From positions 992,001 to 1,056,000 of the forward strand of contig OY968769.1 in NCBI GenBank assembly GCA_963695345.1: a stretch of 64,000 nt of DNA. Direction: 5' to 3'. This document shows positions 44,230 to 54,272 of this stretch, in pieces. Position 1 is the first letter of the stretch. Every line of letters starts with the position of its first letter. Origin of the DNA: an uncultured Methanomassiliicoccales archaeon (GTDB lineage Archaea > Thermoplasmatota > Thermoplasmata > Methanomassiliicoccales > UBA472). The position numbers and the translations under genes are program-made. The notes beneath the pieces were generated by a model. The model had not been told where the DNA came from. It worked only from the letters and a program-made list of their open reading frames with translations, and made no database searches.

Positions 44230-45156
44230 TCACTGGACGTAGTCCAGCCAGGACTCGTACATCGGGTCCTTGCCATTCACCGCGGCGCTGAAGGTCTGCT
44301 GCAGCTGCTTGGTTATCGGTCCAGACTTGCCCGATCCGATCGATATGTCGTCGATGTAGCTGATCGGGGTGATCTCGGCGGCCGTCCCGGTCATGAAGAC
44401 CTCATCGGCCAGATAGAGCTCGGAGCGGGTCATCGACTTCTCGACGATATCGTAACCAAGGTTCTTGGCGATGGTCGAGACAGAGTCGCGGGTTATTCCC
44501 TCCAGTATCCCGGCGGATATGGGCGGGGTGTAGAGCACTCCCTTCTTGACCATGAAGATGTTCTCCCCGGTCCCCTCGGCCACTTCGCCGTCGGCGTTGA
44601 GCATCAGCGCCTCGTCGAAGCCGCGGTGCACCGCTTCCAGCTTCGCGACCACCGAGTTGATGTAGTTTCCGCATATCTTTGCGTTAAGCATGGCGGAACG
44701 GTTCCCCGGCTTCTCCCAGGTCGAGGTGATGATCTTGGCACCGGACTCCAGCTGTTCCTGGCCCATGTAAGCGCCCATATGCGTCGCGACGATGGAGACC
44801 CGGGTCGGCATCTTGGTCGGGTTCAGTCCGATCTTGCCCTCCGGGTTCGCCCCGTAGTAGGCCAACGGCCTGAGGTAATCGTCCTCCGGCCGGCTGGCCC
44901 GAACGACCGCCTTGGACGCCTCGCATAGCTCCTCCATCGTGAACGGGATGTTCAGCCAGATGACCTTGGCGGAATTGTAGAACCGGACCATGTGCTCCTG
45001 CAGACGGAAGATCGCCTTGCCCTTGGGAGTGTTGTATATACGGATCCCCTCGAACACACCGCCTCCATAGTGCAATCCATGGGTCAAGATGTGCACGTTC
45101 GCCTCATCCCAGTTCACCAGCTTTCCATCCATCCATATCTTTGATTTGTTTGTCAT
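44230..45156 (-). CDS. ilvE: Branched-chain amino acid aminotransferase
   Basis: HGLHYGGGVFEGIR, AKICGNY, EGTGENIF, ILEGITR, TGTAAEITP. Confidence 0.96.
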   Translation of the reverse strand: MTNKSKIWMDGKLVNWDEANVHILTHGLHYGGGVFEGIRIYNTPKGKAIFRLQEHMVRFYNSAKVIWLNIPFTMEELCEASKAVVRASRPEDDYLRPLAYYGANPEGKIGLNPTKMPTRVSIVATHMGAYMGQEQLESGAKIITSTWEKPGNRSAMLNAKICGNYINSVVAKLEAVHRGFDEALMLNADGEVAEGTGENIFMVKKGVLYTPPISAGILEGITRDSVSTIAKNLGYDIVEKSMTRSELYLADEVFMTGTAAEITPISYIDDISIGSGKSGPITKQLQQTFSAAVNGKDPMYESWLDYVQ

Positions 45157-45205
45157 TTTGAACCCTGCCTTTGAGATATTAATGATATGTTTGTCGGCCG
45201 CCGTA

Positions 45206-45578
45206 TCAGATCGCGTTGACCGCTTTTATGAATTTGTTAGGTTTCGCATTGTCGATCATGCGCATCGACCTCTTCGATGCTTCCGATGAGCCTTACCTTA
45301 CCGGAGGAGTTGCTCGCCAACGCGTATGATTCCTGCCTGGTCTCGTCGACCAGTTCGCACTGTATGATGTCGTGAAGTCGGGACAGCGCCTCCACCGACC
45401 TTTCCGCATGGACCTTGTCCACGATGGTCAGGACCACTCGCGCCTTTCCCGGGATCTCGCACTTGCCTACCACGATCGTTTCGACGTTGATCTTCCTCCG
45501 GGTGAACTCCTGGAGTATTCGCTGCATCACGCCGAACTCGTCGTTGACGACCATTGAGATTACCTGCATATTACTCAC
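45206..45578 (-). CDS. IlvN/IlvH-like ACT-domain protein (probable frameshift near 45262)
   Basis: VISMVVNDEFGVMQRILQEFTRRKINVETIVVG resembles the acetolactate synthase small subunit. Removing one base extends the C-terminus to ...KAVNAI* at 45206. Confidence 0.78.
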
Positions 45579-45832
45579 TCTTCCCTTTCTTCTTTGAACT
45601 GGATGATGTCGATGAGACTTCGTAGTTGCGAACCGAATGGTTCTTCTTTATCGGGATGATAGTAACCATCATCGCTGGCTCCGTTGTCATTCCCCTTGGG
45701 GTACTTCGGGGTCGACAGCCAGGACATCGAGAACTGCCCGTCGTCATCGTTCATTACGTGCTTCGGTTTCTTCCTCTCGCCTCCCGCGACCATGCCGGAG
45801 ACTAAGAACTTGAGCATGATTTTTGATACCAT
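45575..45832 (-). CDS. Uncharacterised 85-aa protein, coupled to the ACT gene
   Basis: AGAAGGA upstream of ATG; its TGA overlaps the ACT gene GTG (GTGA). Confidence 0.6.
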   Translation of the reverse strand: MVSKIMLKFLVSGMVAGGERKKPKHVMNDDDGQFSMSWLSTPKYPKGNDNGASDDGYYHPDKEEPFGSQLRSLIDIIQFKEEREE

Positions 45833-45887
45833 AGGCTATTCCTTCTAAGCGATGGTTAGGGACAGACCCTCGGGGGAGCCTCCCTTT

Positions 45888-45953
45888 TCAGATACCCAAT
45901 ACCAGCTGCTCGACCACTACGATAAGTACTGGAGTCTGAGCAACGCTGAGCAT
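45888..45953 (-). CDS. Putative Val/Leu/Ile-rich leader peptide MLSVAQTPVLIVVVEQLVLGI
   Basis: 12 of 21 codons are V/L/I. TATA box TATAAATA lies about 24-31 nt upstream, and the ORF precedes the ilvE operon. Confidence 0.65.
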   Translation of the reverse strand: MLSVAQTPVLIVVVEQLVLGI

Positions 45954-45973
45954 CGTCGATTGAATTGTAAGGA

Positions 45974-45985
45974 ATATATTTATAG
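45974..45985 (-). promoter_or_regulatory. TATA box of the leader-orf85-ACT-ilvE transcript
   Basis: Minus strand CTATAAATATAT, overlapping the upstream ABC ATPase stop codon. Confidence 0.55.
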
Positions 45986-46780
45986 GTTCTCATCGGGAGG
46001 CTCACACAGCGGTACTGGTTCCCTATACTCCCCCTCTTTGATGATTCTCTTCAGGAATGAACGTGTCCTTTCGTTCGTCGGGTTCGTGAATATGGTCTCC
46101 GGAGTGCCCTCTTCTGCGATTACCCCCTGGTCCATGAAGATGACCCGGTCGGCCACTTCCCGGGCGAATCCCATCTCGTGCGTCACGACCACCATGGTCA
46201 TTCCGGTGTTCAGGGCCAGGTCCTTCATGACGTCCAGCACCTCACCGATCAGTTCGGGGTCCAGGGCCGACGTCGGCTCGTCGAACAGTATGACCTTGGG
46301 GTTCATGGCGATGCACCGGGCGATGGCGACACGCTGCTGCTGCCCGCCGGACAGTTGGCCAGGATATGCGTCCGCCTTCTCTTCCAGACCGACCTTCTTC
46401 AAGGCCTCGATCGCCAGCCGGTCCGCCTCCTCCTTTTCAATGCTCTTGACCTTAAGGAGAGCCAGGGAAACGTTCTTCCTCACCGTGAGGTGCATGAAGA
46501 GGTTGAAGCTCTGGAACACCATGTTCATCTGCGTCCTGACCGCGTTGATGTCGATGTCCTCTAGCCGTCATGTCGTACGCCTTCGAACAGGACCTTTCCG
46601 CTGGTCGGTTCATTCAGCAGGTTCATGCAGCGGAGCAAGGTGCTCTTGCCGCTTCCGCTTGGTCCGATGATCACGACGCACCTCGTTGGGCATTATGCTT
46701 CAGGGATATCCCTTGGAGGACCTCGTGGTCCCCGAAGGACTTTTTCGAAGGTCCATGGTCTCGATGATCGGGTTCGCCAT
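45980..46780 (-). CDS. Polar amino-acid ABC transporter ATP-binding protein (GlnQ-like; several indels 46560-46760)
   Basis: [45 protein letters not shown]. Confidence 0.92.
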
Positions 46781-47465
46781 TCACTCACTCCCCATCATTC
46801 CTGGGATCGCGAACCTTCTTTCCACATACCTCATGATCCTGCGATGTGGAGAATGTTACGATGAAGTAAAGTATCGCTATGAAGATGTAAACGACGAACG
46901 GCTGGAACGTATGTGCGGATAACTTCCCTGCCTGCGAAGGTCAGCTCCATCACCCCGATCGCGAAGACCAGCGAGGAGTCCTTGATCATGGTGATGAACT
47001 CGTTGGTGTAGGAGGGCAATGAATTACGAAGAGCCTGGGGGATGATCACCTGGAACATGGACTGGTTGTACGTCAGACCCAACGACCGGGCGGCTTCCAT
47101 CTGGCCCTTGGGAATGGATTGGACCCCGCCCCTGAATATCTCCGCCTGATAGGCCGCGGTGTTCATCGCCAAAACGGCCAGTACCGGCGACGATGCGGGT
47201 CCAGGAATATCCCGAAAGAAGCGATGCCGAAATAGACCAGGAATATCTGGACGAGAAGAGGGGTTCCCCGGAACGCCTCGACATATACCGTCGAAATTCC
47301 ATAGATCAGCTTGTTCTTGGATATCCGTGCCAATCCGATCAGGATGCCACCGCCGAATCCGATGGAAATGGATACGGCGGAAATGATGAGGGTCATCACC
47401 AGTCCCGACATCAGATAGTTGAAATATGTAGGGATGACGGACCAGTCAAGAAATATATCTGCCAT
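46781..47465 (-). CDS. Polar amino-acid ABC transporter permease (frameshifted)
   Basis: YVEAFRGTPLLVQ, AYQAEIFRGG..SIPKGQMEAARSLG, IKDSSL. Confidence 0.92.
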
Positions 47466-47544
47466 GATGACGACCTCGGGTGCTCTTTTTCAATATGTCG
47501 TAGATGAATATAAAGGAAAAGGGTTTGGTGCGGCCTATCCTTGC

Positions 47545-48405
47545 TTAGGCCGCGTTGTACTTGTGCAGCAATGCCTGCAGAGAGCCGTCCGCCTTCATGT
47601 CGTTTATTACCTTGTTGATGGCGTTGCGGAAGTTGTCCTGGCCTTTCTGGATGCATATGCCGTAGTTCTCATTCGTCTCGACGACGAACGCTACCTTCAT
47701 GCCGTTACTGGCCGTGTTGGCATAGCCATAGGCCACCGGCGTATCGACGATGAACGCGGTCTTCTGTCCGTTCTGGACCGAGGTCGCCGCCGCTCCGACG
47801 TCTGTCGTGTCGGTCACGGTTGCGCCCCTACCAGAATCCACCAGGTTGGTCTTTGCCCACGAGGAACCGGTCGTTCCCAGCTGGGCAATGACGGCGCTGC
47901 CGTTCAACCCGTCGATGTTGGTGATCGTGCTGTCATCCTTGACCAACACTCCCTGGTTGGCCATGAAGTAGGGTACGGTGAAGTTCACGGTCTTTTCGCG
48001 CTCGGTGGTGATCGTTATCGATGAGATAGCCATGTCGATCTTGCCGGTCTGGACCGATGCGAACAGAGGATCGAAGTCAGACTTCTGGATCACAAGGGTG
48101 ACATTCAATGCGTCCGCCACCTTCTGGGCGATCTCCATGTCTATTCCCTCGAATTTCCCAGTGGTCAGGTTCTGATACTCAAATGGTTCGTACGGGACCT
48201 GGGTACCGACGATCAATTGACCGCGGGCCTGTACCTTTTTCAGAACGTCTGTCTCGCCAGGGTTCAGGAATCCTCCCAAAACAACGACTGCGATCAAAGC
48301 TACGACGACCACGACAACGATGCCGATCATCATCATCGGTTTCTTATTCTTCGCCTTCTTCAAGGAAGGCGCGGCTGACGGATTAGTATCCGTGGATTCT
48401 GACAT
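47545..48405 (-). CDS. Polar amino-acid ABC transporter substrate-binding protein
   Basis: N-terminal TM anchor, YEPFEY, GIDMEIA, SSITITTER, NFTVPYF. Confidence 0.93.
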   Translation of the reverse strand: MSESTDTNPSAAPSLKKAKNKKPMMMIGIVVVVVVALIAVVVLGGFLNPGETDVLKKVQARGQLIVGTQVPYEPFEYQNLTTGKFEGIDMEIAQKVADALNVTLVIQKSDFDPLFASVQTGKIDMAISSITITTEREKTVNFTVPYFMANQGVLVKDDSTITNIDGLNGSAVIAQLGTTGSSWAKTNLVDSGRGATVTDTTDVGAAATSVQNGQKTAFIVDTPVAYGYANTASNGMKVAFVVETNENYGICIQKGQDNFRNAINKVINDMKADGSLQALLHKYNAA

Positions 48406-48624
48406 ATCTTGCCGATTGTGATTATCAAATTTAAAAGTACGTCCGACACGAACTGATGGTCAATGTCAAATATCAGACACTTTTTTGCATTATTCGCTTT
48501 TTTGATAATGTTATTCATTGAATGATTAGCCGAGATACTACATTTTCCGTAATATTCGGGAAAACGAGTTGAGAACACATCGAAGGGCAAGTGGAAATAC
48601 ACCGAACGGAATACCGTGCAGGCT

Positions 48625-49650
48625 ATGAACGATAAGGTGCTCATAAGGAGCAAGGCGCCGTTGAGGATGAGCTTCGCCGGGGGCGGGACCGACGTCTCAC
48701 CGTACAGCGAGGAAAGAGGGGGAATAGTCCTCAGCACGACCATCGACAAGTACGCCTACTGCACCATATCGCCCCGCAACGACAGCGAGATCACCATCCA
48801 GTCGCTCGATTTCGGCAAGACCGAGACCTGGCAGGCGAACGGCAACCTGATGCGCTACGACGGCAACCTGGACATCATCAAGGCGGTGCTGAAGCACTTC
48901 GATGTGAAGCAGGGTTTCGACATGTTCCTGCATTGCGAGGCTCCGCCAGGGTCCGGCCTGGGCGGTTCGTCCACGGTCATCGTGTCCATCATCGGGGCGA
49001 CGGCGGAATGGCTGGGCATACCGCTGTCCCAGTACGAGATCGCCCGGCTGGCCTACGTGCTCGAACGCGAGGAGCTCGGGTTCCAGGGCGGGCGCCAGGA
49101 CCAGTACGCGGCGGTCTTCGGCGGGTTCAACTACATGGAGTTCAAGGGGAACGACGTCATCGTGACCCCGCTGCGCATAAAGAACGACATCCTGAACGAG
49201 CTGCACTACAACCTCCTGCTCTGCTACACCGGCAAGACCCGGGACTCAGGGAACATCATCCAGGAACAGAGGAAGGGTTATTCCCAGGGCAAGGAGCAGG
49301 TCATCTCCGCCCTGGACAACGCGAAGCGGCTGGCCACGGAGACCAAGGACGCCCTGATGAAAGGCGAGATAAGGCATATCGGTGAGCTGCTGAACGAATC
49401 CTGGCAGTTCAAGAAGCGATTCACGGAATCCATATCCAACGAGTACATTGACAAGATATACAGCACCGCCATGGCAAACGGGGCCATCGGGGGGAAGATC
49501 TCCGGGGCGGGAGGCGGCGGTTTCATGTTCTTCATATGTGAGTACGACAAGAAGCACCTGGTGGCGAACGAACTTCAGAAGCTGGGCGTGGAGATCGCTC
49601 CCTTCAACTTCGACAAGTACGGGCTGCAGACCTGGAGGTACCGGTCATGA
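48625..49650 (+). CDS. hddA: D-glycero-alpha-D-manno-heptose-7-phosphate kinase (GHMP family)
   Basis: KAPLRMSFAGGGTDV, PPGSGLGGSS, GGRQDQYAAVFGGFN, GKISGAGGGGF; coupled to gmhA. Confidence 0.88.
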   Translation: MNDKVLIRSKAPLRMSFAGGGTDVSPYSEERGGIVLSTTIDKYAYCTISPRNDSEITIQSLDFGKTETWQANGNLMRYDGNLDIIKAVLKHFDVKQGFDMFLHCEAPPGSGLGGSSTVIVSIIGATAEWLGIPLSQYEIARLAYVLEREELGFQGGRQDQYAAVFGGFNYMEFKGNDVIVTPLRIKNDILNELHYNLLLCYTGKTRDSGNIIQEQRKGYSQGKEQVISALDNAKRLATETKDALMKGEIRHIGELLNESWQFKKRFTESISNEYIDKIYSTAMANGAIGGKISGAGGGGFMFFICEYDKKHLVANELQKLGVEIAPFNFDKYGLQTWRYRS

Positions 49651-50687
49651 GCGGACTGGTGGGAAAGGAGCTGGAGGAGAGCTCAAGAACGCTGGCATCC
49701 ATCGATCCGGACCAGATCTGGGACATCGCCAACGCCCTGGTGAAGGTGTTCCGCAATGGCGGCAAGCTGATCGTCTTCGGGAACGGGGGAAGCGCGGCGG
49801 ACGCGCAGCACCTGGCGGCGGAGTTCTCCGGACGGTATCTGATGGAGCGGGCGCCGATGAACGCCATCGCGCTCACCAACCTTTCCAGCATCACCGCCAT
49901 CGGCAACGATTACAGCTACGACCTGATCTTCGAGAGGCAGGTCGAGGCCTATGCCACCCCGAAGGACGCGGTCATCGGGATCAGCACCAGCGGCAACTCC
50001 AAGAACGTGCTGCTGGCGATCGCCAAGGCCAAGCAGCTGGGGGCGGTCACCATCGGCTTCACCGGGACCAAGGGCAGGCTGAAGGACGAGGTCGACCTGG
50101 CCTTGACCATACCGTCGGAGAAGACCCCCCGGATACAGGAAGGGTACTTCGCGGCCGGACACATCATCTGCGGGACTGGTGGAGAAGGGCGTGTTCGCCC
50201 GGAAGGCGGTCTTCGTCGACCGGGACGACACGGTGGCCAAGGACGTTCCGTATTGCAGCAGGCCGGAGGACCTGAAGCTGTTCCCAGGAGTCGGAAGATC
50301 GATCAAGAGCCTCAACGACGCCGGCTACCTGGTCATCCTGGTCACCAACCAATCCGGGGTCGCGCGCGGCTATTTCACCCTGGAGACCCTGGGCAAGATC
50401 CATGAGAAGCTCAGGTCGGACATCGCCAAGGACGACGGCCAAGATCGACGCCATCTACTTCTGCCCGCACCATCCGGATGAGGGATGCCCGTGCCGCAAG
50501 CCCAGGATCGGATTGATCCAGCAGGCGACACAGGACTTCGACATCGATATCGCCGGATCGTTCGTCATCGGTGACAGCGAGCACGACGTGGAGATGGGCA
50601 GAACGGGTCGGATGCCGGACGTTCCGGGTCAGGGACGGACAGGACTTCAATCTGGCAGTGGAAAAGATCCTTAAGGGCGTTGATTGA
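49647..50687 (+). CDS. gmhA: Fused sedoheptulose-7-phosphate isomerase/heptose-bisphosphate phosphatase (GmhA-GmhB; indels near 50174, 50437, 50600)
   Basis: GNGGSAADAQH, TAIGNDY, STSGNS and PRIQE (GmhA) continue to VFVDRDDT, VTNQSG, CPHHP..CPCRKP and IGDSEHD (GmhB) with no separate start or stop. Confidence 0.85.
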
Positions 50688-50695
50688 GAACCGGC

Positions 50696-51580
50696 TCAGG
50701 AGTTGACGTTCTTGGTCGATTCCACCATGCTCCACATGACCTTGTCGCCCTTGTCCAGCTTGACGTAGATGCTGGCATAGGCCCGGGCCAGCATTTCCAA
50801 TATCATAGCGGTCGACATCCTGATGAAATGCTTCGAATTGTCCTTCAGGAAGCCCAGGTACGCCTGGAAGAGGAACCGGCTGTCCCAGGTCGGGATGTCG
50901 AAATCGAAGAGCCTTTTCATGTAGCGTTCCCCGATGTTGACCCGGGTGCGCTGCTTCCAATAGTCCCGCACGGTCTCCGGGCCCTTGTTGACGACGATCG
51001 CCTTCGGTTCGTACTCGGTGCGATACCCGCGCTTCTCCAGGTCCATCCGGACCAGGTCCTCGTCCGATTGCATGCCGGTCGGGATCTGGATGCGCAGGTT
51101 GCGGAAGGCGATGGCCTCACCGACCTTGGGATAGATCAGTGAGAGCCGGTGGTGCATGTCCCACAGCATGTGGACCGCAAAGCCGGCTATCGTGTCCCGG
51201 CGGTTGACGGGCATCGGCCTGCCGCCGACCACCCCTACCTTGGGATCTGTGAAATGTGAGATCAGGTGATCGAGCGCCCCCTCTGCCAGGTTGTTGTCGG
51301 CGTTGACCAGGACCAGGACCTCCCCTTCGGCCTCGGCCATGAAAGCGTTGACCGCCGAGTTCTTGCCCTCGCGCTTTTCCTGCCTCAGGAGACGGACCCG
51401 CCTGTCCTTAGAAGCATATTCCGAAACAATGCCGTCGGTCCCGTCGGTGCTTCCGCTGGAGACCACGATTATTTCATCGAGAGAGCCACATTGCAAGGTC
51501 TGGGCCAAGATGGAATCCAGGGTGTGGCGTATGTTCCTCTCTTCGTTATAGGCGCATACCCCTATGGATACGGACGGCAT
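50696..51580 (-). CDS. Glycosyltransferase family 2
   Basis: VCAYNEE, SSGSTDGT, NAD, QRTR motif. Confidence 0.9.
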   Translation of the reverse strand: MPSVSIGVCAYNEERNIRHTLDSILAQTLQCGSLDEIIVVSSGSTDGTDGIVSEYASKDRRVRLLRQEKREGKNSAVNAFMAEAEGEVLVLVNADNNLAEGALDHLISHFTDPKVGVVGGRPMPVNRRDTIAGFAVHMLWDMHHRLSLIYPKVGEAIAFRNLRIQIPTGMQSDEDLVRMDLEKRGYRTEYEPKAIVVNKGPETVRDYWKQRTRVNIGERYMKRLFDFDIPTWDSRFLFQAYLGFLKDNSKHFIRMSTAMILEMLARAYASIYVKLDKGDKVMWSMVESTKNVNS

Positions 51581-51767
51581 CCTGCCATGATAGTCCAAGT
51601 CAATATTTTAATCTGTTTGGAATCAGTCGATTGTTTGGAGGTCATATATCCCATGGAGTCTGGATGTAGAAAATACAAGATGGGAAACGCGGAAGCCAAT
51701 GGTTTCTGCGCTTATTTGTGATACGATAATTATTAAATACGCAGCACATTTTCACATTAGGGACAGA

Positions 51768-52876
51768 ATGAGCGACTGGATGGAGGATTCGTTTTCAATA
51801 GTGTTGCCCACCCTCAATGAGAGTGAGAACATTCTCCCGATGATGGAGACACTGGATAAGCTCTATCCGAACGCCGGCATCATAGTCGTCGACGACCATT
51901 CCAAGGATGGCACGGCGGACATCGCGCTCGAGTATGGCAAGCGAAGGGCGAACGTGCAGGTGGTGCAGAGGGACCCGGCGGACCGGGGTTTGACCGCCTC
52001 GATCATGGATGGGATCATGCATGCCGGCACGAAATATTTCGTCGTTCTTGACTGCGGACTTCCAGCATCCCCCGGAGTCGATCGCCGGACTCGATCAGGG
52101 AGCTGATCAACGGCAATGATTTGGCGATAGGGGTACGGGAGGACAAGATGGAACTGTCTTTCTCCAGGAAATGGGCGTCCATCGGCGCCCATGTCATGGC
52201 CAATTCTTATCTTCATGCCAAGAGGCAGCCCACCTCCAGGGATACCATGTCCGGCTTCTTCGCCGGCCGTTCCGAACTGTGTCAACGGGTGATCGAATCC
52301 AAGGGGAACAAGTTCGAAAGGGCTGGTTTCAAAGGATTGTTCGACCTGCTCAAGTTCATGCCCCGCGACATCAAGATCGCGGAGGTCGAGTTCAAGTTCA
52401 ATTCCCGGAGGGCTGGAGAGTCCAAGCTCAGTTCCCGTATCATCCTGTCCATCATGCGCCAGTGCGGCATAGGCGGGAAGATACTGGCCTACACCTCGAT
52501 GTTCTTCCTCACGAACATGATCGGGCGTTTCATAGCGGCCTCGATGCTGGGCCTGATGTTCACCTTCTGGTTCCTGGGCTGGGTCGTTGGGGGAATGACC
52601 TGGAACTCGACCTTGATCGTGTCGACCATCGCTTCACTGATCTTCGCGGTCGCCTACATCGTGTTCGCGAACAAGGTCATGTTCACCCATGGCAGCCGGA
52701 AAGGTCTGCTGCTCGGCTCGAAGCTGGTGGCCACCGGTTTCAGCGGCTATCTGATCAGCCTCTATATTTTCTATATCGCCTTCAACACCGTAACCGAGAT
52801 CCAGATGGTCTCGATATTCTTCGGTTTCGGTATCGGCTATGCTTTCGACGCGGTCGCCGGGAGCATCCGGGCGTAA
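51768..52876 (+). CDS. Polyprenol-phosphate glycosyltransferase (DPM1-like GT2) with C-terminal GtrA-like TM domain (indels near 52063-52090)
   Basis: LPTLNESENI, VDDHSKDGT, D.DFQHPP (restored), D.MSGFF, RRAGESKL, then four TM helices. Confidence 0.85.
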
Positions 52877-52878
52877 TA

Positions 52879-53799
52879 TCAGCTCTTGGCTTCGTTCTTC
52901 ACTACCAGCTTGAGGGCGTCCAGGTAGCCCCTCAGGTAGGAACGGAAAGCACCCTTCGACCTCTGGGCCGATATCATAAGGAAATAATACGGTACCAGGA
53001 TGAAGGTCTGCCCCATGGCGCAGGATATCCTAGTGACGCCCCGTTTCCTCTTCTTGACCAGCAGCAGCATGTTCCTGCCGTAGTAGTACGATCGGAACGG
53101 GGTCATGATATTGGAGCCGCCGATGCCAGTAGACAGCGACACCTTGTGATACACGATGGTGGTCGGGACGTACCAGGAGCCGAACCCCCTATCCTTGGCC
53201 CGGATGCAGAAGTCGATGTCCTCGCCATAGATGTTGTACTGCTCGTCGAACAGTCCGATCTCCCGGAACAGATCGGCCCGGACCAAAATGGAGCATCCAG
53301 TGATGTAGTCCTGTTCGCTCTCCACCCCTTGGCCATCGTTGATCATGTCCATGTCGGTGTGCTTCGAGTAGCCCAGCCAGTTATTGAAGGTCCCGCCGGA
53401 GAACCAGATCCGGTTCGAGTTGTAATAGAGGATCTTGGGAGACACCAGTCCGGCCTCGGGATGCCGGTCCAGCGCCTCCTTGAGCTGTTCGATGAACCTA
53501 CCCTTGCCAATGGCGTCATTGTTGATGACAAGGACGTGGGTGGCGCCGGCATCCAGTGCCATGCGTATGCCCTTGTTCACACCCTTGACATAGCCCTCGT
53601 TGGTCGGGTTGGTGATGAGAATGGCCCCGGGAAGGGCCTGACGCATCTTCTGCACCGCAGCGTCCCCCGAACCATTGTCGACCACCACCAGGCCGATGTC
53701 GTCGTATCCGCCGCAGAGGATTGACCTGGCGCACTCGATCGTATCGTCCGGTCGGTTCCAATTGACGGTGACGGCGTACAGTTTGACCCCTTGGGCCAT
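52879..53799 (-). CDS. Glycosyltransferase family 2 (rhamnosyltransferase-like)
   Basis: VNWN, VDNGS, INND, ITGCSILV, GLFDE..IYGEDIDFC.R. Confidence 0.9.
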   Translation of the reverse strand: MAQGVKLYAVTVNWNRPDDTIECARSILCGGYDDIGLVVVDNGSGDAAVQKMRQALPGAILITNPTNEGYVKGVNKGIRMALDAGATHVLVINNDAIGKGRFIEQLKEALDRHPEAGLVSPKILYYNSNRIWFSGGTFNNWLGYSKHTDMDMINDGQGVESEQDYITGCSILVRADLFREIGLFDEQYNIYGEDIDFCIRAKDRGFGSWYVPTTIVYHKVSLSTGIGGSNIMTPFRSYYYGRNMLLLVKKRKRGVTRISCAMGQTFILVPYYFLMISAQRSKGAFRSYLRGYLDALKLVVKNEAKS

Positions 53800-53885
53800 G
53801 CGGGGGTGATGGTCAGTTGACATTATAATTTGATTGACCAAAGAGGAGCAGATATAAAAAGGTCGAGCTCGATTTGCTCCATTCG

Positions 53886-54272
53886 ATGACCACCAAACAG
53901 TTCGATGTAGTTGTCCAGGATAAGCCCGGCGAGGTCGCACACATCACCGAGGCGCTGACCAAGGGAGCGGTCAACATCAGGGGCATCGCGACAGAACGCA
54001 CCACCAGCCCCCTGCTACACATCATCACTGATGACGAGGTCAGTACCCGGAAGGCCCTGACCAATGCAGGCATCCATTTCCAGGAGAAGGAGGTCTACGT
54101 GGTGGCGCTCATGAACAAACCGGGCGAGCTGGCCAAGATAACCAAGAAACTAGCCCGGGGCGGGGTCAATATCGAATCCCTGTTCATCCTGGCTGGAGGG
54201 AAGGACCAGGAAGAGATTGCCATCGGCGTGGACAAACCGGCAGAGGCCCAGAAGCTCCTGGACTACTCCTGA
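53886..54272 (+). CDS. Tandem ACT-domain protein
   Basis: QDKPGEVA...VNIRGI and NKPGELA...GVNIESL repeats. Confidence 0.88.
   Translation: MTTKQFDVVVQDKPGEVAHITEALTKGAVNIRGIATERTTSPLLHIITDDEVSTRKALTNAGIHFQEKEVYVVALMNKPGELAKITKKLARGGVNIESLFILAGGKDQEEIAIGVDKPAEAQKLLDYS

Noticed and set aside
45852-46670. 272-aa + strand ORF opposite the ABC ATPase
   Set aside because: Typical antisense shadow of an ABC ATPase gene.
52171-53724. 517-aa + strand ORF
   Set aside because: It overlaps two well-supported GT2 genes in alternative frames and has no domain signature.
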